Of a stretch of 6,430 nucleotides of DNA, positions 1 to 6,250 are shown piece by piece. The translations under genes and the position numbers were made by a program. Source of the stretch: Vitrella brassicaformis CCMP3155. Taxonomy: Eukaryota; Protista; Chromerida. The notes below the pieces were generated by a model. It was not told where the DNA came from, searched no databases, and saw only the letters and a program-made list of their open reading frames with translations. Position 1 is the first letter of the stretch. Each line of letters starts with the position of its first letter. The stretch spans positions 1 to 6,430 of the forward strand of contig CDMY01001004.1 of assembly GCA_001179505.1 (NCBI GenBank), given 5' to 3'.

Positions 1-389
1 GTCCGTCGACTGTCGCTTGTCCGCCCACGCCCGCATGTACCCGACCAATGGCTGCCCGACTACATGGCTGCCCGACTGCATGCCTGCCCGACTACATGGC
101 TGCCCGCCTGTCCATCTGTACCCATCTCTCCAGCTGTCTGACTGCCCATTGCGGCCCTCCTCAACGCGGAGAGGAGAGACACCAGCTCTCCTCGGCTGTT
201 GGCATACTGCGTGTGTGCACTGTGCAGCATCGCTGCTTACATTTTATATTCCGATGTCTGTGTCGTGGATTCTGTCGTGCTCACTTTGGTGTGGTGTGGT
301 TGGATTAGGCAGGCAGGCAGACTGAATGGGAGGTGAAGGGTGGACGCTTGCCTGGTGTCAGTGGATACAACTAGCTTGTTTTTCTCTCT
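1..389 (+). repeat. Element R, copy 1 (direct repeat of 3901-4257; runs off the left edge)
   Basis: Bases 1-389 align almost base for base with 3901-4257, apart from a 32-bp minisatellite expansion and a few small indels or substitutions. Identity ends at ...ctagcttgtttttctctct. Confidence 0.95.
44..106 (+). repeat. 16-bp minisatellite (actacatggctgcccg-like), 4 units
   Basis: Units are at 44-58, 59-74, 75-90 and 91-106. The copy at 3944-3974 has only 2 units. Confidence 0.9.
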
Positions 390-403
390 TATACCATGAC
401 GCG

Positions 404-431
404 TATCTATCCCCTCTCCAAGGTATCCGTC
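404..431 (-). repeat. Short fragment homologous to 6329-6359 (minus-strand reading DGYLGEGID)
   Basis: tatctatcccctctccaaggtatccgtc matches tatctatcccctctcccaggtaatatccgtc at 6329-6359 with one substitution and a 3-nt indel. Confidence 0.7.
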
Positions 432-512
432 GCGTTTCGATTACGAATGAGTTACTCACCGTCTGCACACTGAATGAATCATAACACGCACCCCAAGTCT
501 GTGTCGACACAT

Positions 513-561
513 CACTCTCCCCAACTCAGCCGCCCCTCCCTCTCACTTTAACACGCCATCA
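513..561 (-). repeat. 49-bp inverted repeat arm (3' flank of gene A), pairs with 5668-5716
   Basis: The reverse complement of 5668-5716 equals 513-561 with 1 mismatch in 49 bp. Confidence 0.95.
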
Positions 562-662
562 GCTAACGAGAAAGGTCCCTGGCTGAACCCTCCACACACT
601 ACAGACGCGTGTCGGGCAGCGGCGCGCGGTCAGACACGCGCACCGCTGCCGGACACGGCCTC

Positions 663-1825
663 TCACACGCGGAAGCGGCGCTTGGCCGCCTCCTCGCTCC
701 TCTCCTCTAACTCCTGCCGCCTCGCCCTCGCCTCGTCCTGATGCTGCTGCTGCCGCTTTGACAGCTTCGTTGCTGCCGCGGGGACCGTGACGGTCGGCTT
801 GTTGTTGGCGGCTGAGGGGTCCTCCTCGGTGCGGCGGGCAGTGGCGGTGTCGTCCATCGTGTTGGCGCCTCCCGAGCTGCACACAGTGGCGCTCTCGCCC
901 CTCTCGGTGTCCTTTTTGGTGGCCTCGGTGCCTCCACTGGTGCTGGCGGTAACGGCGCTATTGCTGGTGGGGGCGTCTTTGGTGGTCTCGGTGGCGCCCG
1001 TGGAGGGCTTGAAGTTGTTTGCCTTGGTGGGAGGTGGCTGGCTGGGAGCCGGGGTGGGCTCCTCCTCGGTGGGGCGGACAGTGGGGGTGTCGTCCTTGCT
1101 GTTGGCGCCTTTCGTGTTGGCCTGAGTGCTCTTGTCGAAGTTTCGTTTGGCCTCCTCCGCTGCCGCCCTGGCCGCCAGCCGGGCCTCCTTCAGGCACGCA
1201 CCCTCATCCACCTGCTCGCCGGCAGCCCTCCTCGCCCGCATCTCGCGCACCTTGGCCAGGTGCGCCTTCTCGGCGGCTACTGATGCGGCGGCGCCACGCC
1301 TTGCCTCGTCCCTCTGCACAATTAAGTAATCAGATGTGCACGGCGGTCACTGTCTGTCTCATTCGTCAGTTGGTCAATCACTTACATGCCCGCGAAGCCT
1401 TTCTACCACCACCGCCCATTCCTCGGGCGTGAAGGAAAAATTCTGGCGACCCTGACGATGACAGACAGACAGACACCAACAGAGTGAGATAGACATCTGC
1501 CACACGAGCACATGCAGTGAGTTCTTTCGCGGCTCGGCTGCTTACCCCTCCCACACTGCCGCTAATGAGGTGCGCGCAGGCCACCTCATAGGCCTCATAC
1601 AGCTCCCGGAATGCCGCCGCAGAGCCACCCTTATCGGGGTGGCACTTCTGCACACACAGCAGTGCAAAAGTGCGTCGAATGGCCTCTGCCATCAACAGGA
1701 CCTTCCTCACTCACCAGTGGACTTACCAGGCAGCGCTCGCGGTAGTGTGCTTTGATGTCGGCGAGGGTGGCGGATGGCCCGAGGCCCAGCACAGAGAGGG
1801 CATCGGTGTGAGAAAGCCCCGGCAT
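663..1825 (-). CDS. Gene A: J-domain (DnaJ/Hsp40 type III-like) protein, 305 aa. Exons 1825-1727, 1647-1546, 1451-1386, 1313-663
   Basis: Exon 1 MPGLSHTDALSVLGLGPSATLADIKAHYRERCL splices to exon 2 KCHPDKGGSAAAFRELYEAYEVACAHL..., giving J helices I-III with an intact HPD. All three introns are phase-0 GT-AG (donors gtaagt, gtaagc, gtaagt; acceptors gtgtgtgcag, catcgtcag, ttgtgcag). Exon 4 is the 663..1319 ORF (A/E/R-rich helical segment, then a T/P/A/S low-complexity tail). There is no G/F region or zinc finger. Confidence 0.85.
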
Positions 1826-2318
1826 GCCGGCTCGCTACGCCAAAACAATGAACCAGTTGACCACTCCTCCCGGTGCGCCATCAGCTCGTCGTGCGCCAGC
1901 GTCGTGCTTCCACTGGATTCGGAACTGAAACGATTTGCGAGCTTGAATCTTCCATGGCAGATCTGGTTTCAGCCGTCGATCTCTGATGCCGTCGACACAA
2001 AGACGCTGTCGATGCACAGGAGGGACAATGCCCAAACTCTCCAAACCTCCGTAAATCGATGCCTCCATTCTGGCCGTTGGGACTCCACGTGACGGGGCCT
2101 GTCCTTGCAAGGACAGCTATCCTCTCTGCCCTTGGCAATTCCTCGTGTCCGCAGAACGCCAATGCAAAGGTGCGGCGAGATAATATTTCGCGACGAGACG
2201 GAGACAACCCTGATTTATAATTCGAAGTCATTTCACAGTTTCCGCCGCGTTTGGGCTTTCCAGCCTTCTTTCGGCCGCAGACCCTTTGTCATTTTTCCTT
2301 TCGCCTGCTTGGTGGCTT
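1826..2318. promoter_or_regulatory. Putative shared divergent promoter / 5' UTR region between genes A and B
   Basis: This is about 490 bp between the ATG of A (1825, minus) and the candidate ATG of B (2319, plus), with an AT-richer patch near 2180-2300. The call is positional only and no motif was identified. Confidence 0.35.
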
Positions 2319-2341
2319 ATGCAACGCCCTCCATCCCCTAA

Positions 2342-2550
2342 GCCCATGCCTCCCTTGGCCTCAAGCTGCTCGCCTCTGTCGCCGACGTCAGCGTATCGCC
2401 GAATGAGAGAAGAGGACTCGTGTTGGCGGGCAAGCGCGAGATTTTGACTCGAATAATTCATCGCACACACACGCACACCGCACACGTGCCACCCCGAGAA
2501 AGGCGGCTCCACAGCGGCGTCGGCAGCTATACCAGGCGTACGCCCACGTG
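2342..2550 (+). other. Degenerate J-domain relic with HPE in place of HPD
   Basis: Reading across frameshifts gives AHASLGLKLLASVADV~AYRRM (2342-2405) and CHPEKGGSTAA~RQLYQAYAHV (2487-2550). These align with gene A ALSVLGLGPSATLADIKAHYR and CHPDKGGSAAAFRELYEAYEV. Confidence 0.8.
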
Positions 2551-3643
2551 CACTTCTCCAAGACTTCCACGACCACCACATCGCCAAGAAGACGCCCACC
2601 CCGGGCTTCTGCTGCACCTGTGGAGCCCCGCCGCCTGCCGAGAAGCTTCCCCTCGACGAGTTCAAGACGCTCATCTTCGCCCTCAGCAACGCCCCCGGCT
2701 GCGCCAACCTCAAGGTACGTTCGCGTGCGCAGAGGAGAGAGCAGCAACTTGAAGAGAAGGAATGAACCCGTCGCCATTCGTCTGTCATCATGTCTGTCAT
2801 GTGTTGGTTTTATTGTGTGTGCGTGTTGCCCGCAGGGCAGGGAGGCAGCGCAACTGGTCACGGAGGACAACGTGCACCATCTCGCCTTCATGGTGATCGA
2901 GCGGGCGGCGGCCACTGAGAGGAGCGAGGACCGCGCCACCCTCGCGACGTTCCTCGACGCCATCGATCCCCTACAGCCAATCTTCTTCGCCACACTCAAG
3001 ACCAGCCGGTTGGTGATGAAGGCCATCGACCATCTGTCAAGCTACGCCACCAGCAGCCCCACGGCCGACGACGCCAAGTACAGGAAGACACTGGCGAACC
3101 TCGTTGACTTTGCCGGCAAGCTTCTCGCCAAGCTGGACCATGTTGTTTGCGCTTGGGATCGAGGTATGAGCGATCTCTTGAAGAAGGGAAGGGGGAGGAT
3201 GGTCATGTGTGTGCCTGTTGTGCCCGTTTGTGTGGGTGCGTGCATTCAGGAGCCACCCCGCGATGCCGCATTCACCGACCAGGAGCAGATGCAGCGAGAA
3301 ATGTCGCTGCTGGCGCAGTTCTCCCCCGAGCAGCAGGCCGACATGTATCGGAAGGAGCGGCAGGTCAACGAAGGAGACGCTGAGGTGAGATGGATGTGCG
3401 CAAATGACATACATGTGCATTCACACAATGACACCCTGGTCTGGTCTCCCCTCCCCCTGTCTGTCGGTCTTGTCAGCTGGAGGACAGGCTCGCCCGCCGC
3501 ACTGAGGAGCTGGCCAAGCAGTACCAACAGATGACGAACACCGAGGTGGGTAAGTGGGTGGGTGGGTGGGTTGAGTGAGTGTCACCTAGACAGATGCGGG
3601 CAAGCTCACTTGCTCACTTGCTCACTCGTGAGTACAGTACATC

Positions 3644-3673
3644 TGTGTGTGTGTGCGTGTGTGTGTGTGTGTG
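3644..3673 (+). repeat. Intronic (GT)n microsatellite; a similar tract is at 3786-3801
   Basis: A run of tg/gt dinucleotides lies immediately before the acceptor gcag at 3673-3676. Confidence 0.9.
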
Positions 3674-3679
3674 CAGAAG

Positions 3680-3709
3680 GAGGAGGATGGGGAGGAGGAG
3701 GATGGGGAG
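3680..3709 (+). repeat. 15-bp in-frame tandem duplication (EEDGE x2)
   Basis: gaggaggatggggag is repeated twice in exon 6 of gene B. Confidence 0.9.
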
Positions 3710-3900
3710 GTGCCCGAGTGGTTCAACGAGCCCCTTCCGGAGACCCCCTCGCTGCCGGTAGGCAAGACACCCCACAATCAAAATGTGTGTGTGTGTGTGT
3801 GCATCTTGGTCGTTTGTATCACTTGGCCACCCAGCCGCCGCAGCAGCCCCAAACCTTCTCCCGCTGATCCATCGATGCCCGTCCGCCTCTCTGTCCGTCC

Positions 3901-4257
3901 GTCCGTCGACTGTCGCTTGTCCGCCCACGCCCGCATGTACCCGACCAATGGCTGCCCGACTACATGGCTGCCCGCCTGTCCATCTGTACCCATCTCTCCA
4001 GCTGTCTGACTGCCCATTGCGGCCCTCCTCAACGCGGAGAGGAGAGACACCAGCTCTCCTCGGCTGTTGGCATGCTGCGTGTGTGTGCAGCATCGCTGCT
4101 TACATTTTATATTCCGATGTCTGTGTTGTGGGTTCCCTCGTCCAGCGCTCACTTTGGTGTGGTGTGGTTGGATTAGGCAGGCAGGCAGACTGAATGGGAG
4201 GCGAAGGGTGGACGCTTGCCTGGTGTCAGTGGATACAACTAGCTTGTTTTTCTCTCT
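3901..4257 (+). repeat. Element R, copy 2 (3' flank / UTR of gene B)
   Basis: It is a direct repeat of 1-389 and the visible match starts 34 nt after the gene B stop. The true left boundary cannot be set because copy 1 is cut by the window edge. Confidence 0.95.
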
Positions 4258-4618
4258 CAACCATTCGCTTCTTTCGCACCGCCGGCTCTTTTGCTGTCGC
4301 CGGGGAGCTCACCATCAGGGTTTTGATTTGTGGGGGGGAGGGAAGTCATGTAGAGGGGATTGCGTGGTGTTTTGTTCATGTCGGTTTGGCTGTTGGTACA
4401 CACACGCGCACATTGGCACGGGAGAGTGGGGGAGCGGAGAATGGATCGCTGTCGTGTGAGCGGAGCGTCGGTTGGATTGGGGGCGGCCTGTCTGGTTGAG
4501 TAGCGTTCCATGGGGCACGGGACGCTAAGCATCTGGTGGGTGGATAAGAGCGGTGGATTGGATTGGCGCACGTGTAGGCGCACTGTCCGTGTAGTGATGG
4601 CTGAGTGAGGGCGCTGGT

Positions 4619-4672
4619 TGTTTCCATGTGTGTGCGTGTTTGTTTCCATGTGTGTGCGTGTTTGTTTCCATG
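4619..4672 (+). repeat. 22-bp tandem repeat (tgtttccatgtgtgtgcgtgtt) x about 2.5
   Basis: Units are at 4619-4640 and 4641-4662, with a partial unit at 4663-4672. Confidence 0.9.
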
Positions 4673-4804
4673 CGAGACGACAGCGCTAGCAAGACCAATC
4701 AGGTGTACCAGGGGGAGAAGGGCTACCGGACTGTCGTGCATTTGTCGCAATGATTGCTTGTGCTGGTCTCATTGCGTTGTTCTCTGTCTGTCTGTCATCG
4801 TCAG

Positions 4805-5653
4805 GGTCGACAGCATTCGTTCTTCACGCCCGACGAATGGGCACGGCTTCGCGCGCAGGTAAGTGATGGACCGACTGACGAATGAGGCAGACAGTGACCG
4901 CCGTGCCCATCTAATGAACTGCTTGTGCAGAGCGAAGAGGGCATGCGAGGCGCCGCCGCCGCATCGATGGCGTTCCTCGCCAAGTTCCAGGAGAGGTGGG
5001 CGAGGGAGGCTGCTGGCGAGGAGGTGGATAAGGATGCGTGGCGTGAGGAGTCCTGGCTGGCGGCCAGGGCGACAGCAGAGGAGGCCGAGCGCAGCTTCGA
5101 CAAGACCAAGGCCAACACGAAGACCAAGGCTCCACCGCACCAGTGCCAGTGGAGGCATGAAGGACGCCTCGCAGGACACAAAGAGGGCCGAGAGCGCCAC
5201 TGTGTGCAGCTCGGACGGCGCCAACACGGTAACACGGTGGACGTCACCGCCACTGCCCGCCCCACCGAGGAGGACCCCGCCGCCGCCAAGAAGGACATCC
5301 CCCCCGCCACGCGCACACGAGGCGCCGCCCCACACCCGCCCCCCGCCCAGCCACCACCGACCATGGCCACCACCGCCAAGAGCGCCGCCACCGAGGCCAC
5401 CAAGAAGCCGCCCGCCAAGCCCACCAAGGCAGCCGCCCAGCCACCGCCCACCAAGGCCACCCCACACACGGCCCCCACGCAGCCACCACCGACCAAGGCC
5501 ACCACCACCATTTGCCCTTACTGCGGATTTGCCCTTCGTGCGTGCGGTGCGTGTTGGATATTTTTCCATGCAATGGATTCCATTACTGGTGCAGTGCAGT
5601 TGGTGCATGGCTCGTGGCTCGTGCCGTGGCCCATGTGTGTCTGTCCGACGTGA
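4805..5653 (+). CDS. Gene A': inverted paralogue of gene A exons 3-4 lacking J-domain exons. Exons 4805-4858 and 4931-5653; 5' end unresolved (candidate ATG 4670)
   Basis: Exon GRQHSFFTPDEWARLRAQ matches A exon 3 GRQNFSFTPEEWAVVVERLRGH. The 72-nt intron 4859-4930 is 62/72 identical to A intron 1385-1314. The last exon is the 4925..5653 ORF, homologous to A exon 4 and carrying three QPPPT repeats. Functional status is unknown. Confidence 0.65.
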
Positions 5654-5667
5654 TGGTGGGTGATAGT

Positions 5668-5716
5668 TGATGGCGTGTTAGAGTGAGAGGGAGGGGCGGC
5701 TGAGTTGGGGAGAGTG
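5668..5716 (+). repeat. 49-bp inverted repeat arm (3' flank of A'), pairs with 513-561
   Basis: It has 48/49 identity to the reverse complement of 513-561 and starts 15 nt after the A' stop. Confidence 0.95.
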
Positions 5717-5720
5717 TGTT

Positions 5721-5845
5721 AGAGGAGAGACACCAGCTCTCCTTGGCATGCTGCGTGTGTGCAGCATCGCTGCTTACATTTTATATTCCGATGTCTGTGT
5801 TGTTGGTTCCGTCGTGCTCACTTTGGTGTGGATTAGGCAGACTGA
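5721..5845 (+). repeat. Element R, copy 3 (internal fragment)
   Basis: agaggagagacaccagctct...gattaggcagactga matches the middle of R1 and R2 with small deletions. A 40-bp core at 5761-5800 is identical in all three copies. Confidence 0.9.
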
Positions 5846-6250
5846 CAGGGTATGACTGCCGGGCGCTGTGAGGTGCGTGCAGACCGATGATATCTGGATG
5901 AATCTCTGTTGGCCGAGAGAGTCCATTGACGGATAAGTGTGTAGTGCACACACGCATAGCATCCGGGGGAGGGGGTCCCCTCACTCACGCAACACTCAGA
6001 ACAGAACGTGATGACACCAAAACACTTTCGCGCCAAAACGATTGAAAAGTCAGTCACGCGAAGCTGCGGCCTATCCACACACACTCTGAACGGTGTCCAC
6101 ACACACATACATGTCGCTGTGTGTGTACACATTCGCTTCTCCACGGATAGTGAAACGAACAACGAGGGAAAGTCAAATAAGAGAGAGCTATACAGATGCC
6201 CTGAGGTACCCATGCACCACAGGCAGCTGCCCAGCTGCTGCCCAACTCAC

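Larger units (their letters stand above)
2319..3867 (+). pseudogene. Gene B: frameshifted gene or pseudogene (J-domain relic + MIF4G/CNOT1-like helical region + acidic tail). Exons about 2319-2405, 2487-2714, 2836-3163, 3250-3384, 3477-3545, 3677-3757, 3835-3867
   Basis: GT-AG introns are at 2715-2835, 3164-3249, 3385-3476, 3546-3676 and 3758-3834. The exons have C/G-ending codon bias and join in phase 0, ending ...PSLP|PPQQPQTFSR* (TGA 3865-3867). Lesions are indels near 2341, 2390, 2520, about 2551 and 3139, and no canonical acceptor AG before TGC CAC CCC at 2487. These could be real decay or assembly errors. Confidence 0.7.

Noticed and set aside
1819-1830. Perfect 12-bp palindrome ccggcatgccgg centred on the start codon of gene A
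   Set aside because: Short GC-rich palindromes are expected by chance and there is no second occurrence or supporting context.
1835-2110. 91-aa minus-strand ORF in frame with gene A, stopping (TAG) 9 nt before its ATG; possible readthrough extension or uORF
   Set aside because: It is called from a TTG start, has no recognisable motif and lacks the codon bias of the true exons.
2388-3026. Long antisense and alternative-frame ORFs (2388..3026-, 787..1125+, 4769..5608-, 4801..5511-, 4863..5663+)
   Set aside because: These are shadows of GC-rich coding exons on the other strand or frame, and several run through obvious introns.
2548-3534. 328-aa ORF taken as a single-exon gene
   Set aside because: It crosses three GT-AG introns, and its first about 95 codons are in a non-coding frame or intronic.
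5511-5560. CPYC...CGAC zinc-finger-like motif at the end of A'
   Set aside because: Codon usage turns T-rich here, the segment includes a 10-bp direct repeat (atttgccctt) and gtgcgt tracts typical of introns or UTRs, and gene A has no counterpart. It is probably fortuitous read-through.
513-5716. 49-bp inverted repeats as terminal inverted repeats of a 5.2-kb DNA transposon
   Set aside because: There is no transposase relic or target-site duplication, and the arms are explained as the shared 3' flanks of the inverted paralogues A and A'.
5846-6250. Short ORFs on both strands between R3 and the right-edge relic
   Set aside because: They are rich in CA/GT tracts with no coding bias, and are most simply the 3' flank of the minus-strand relic.
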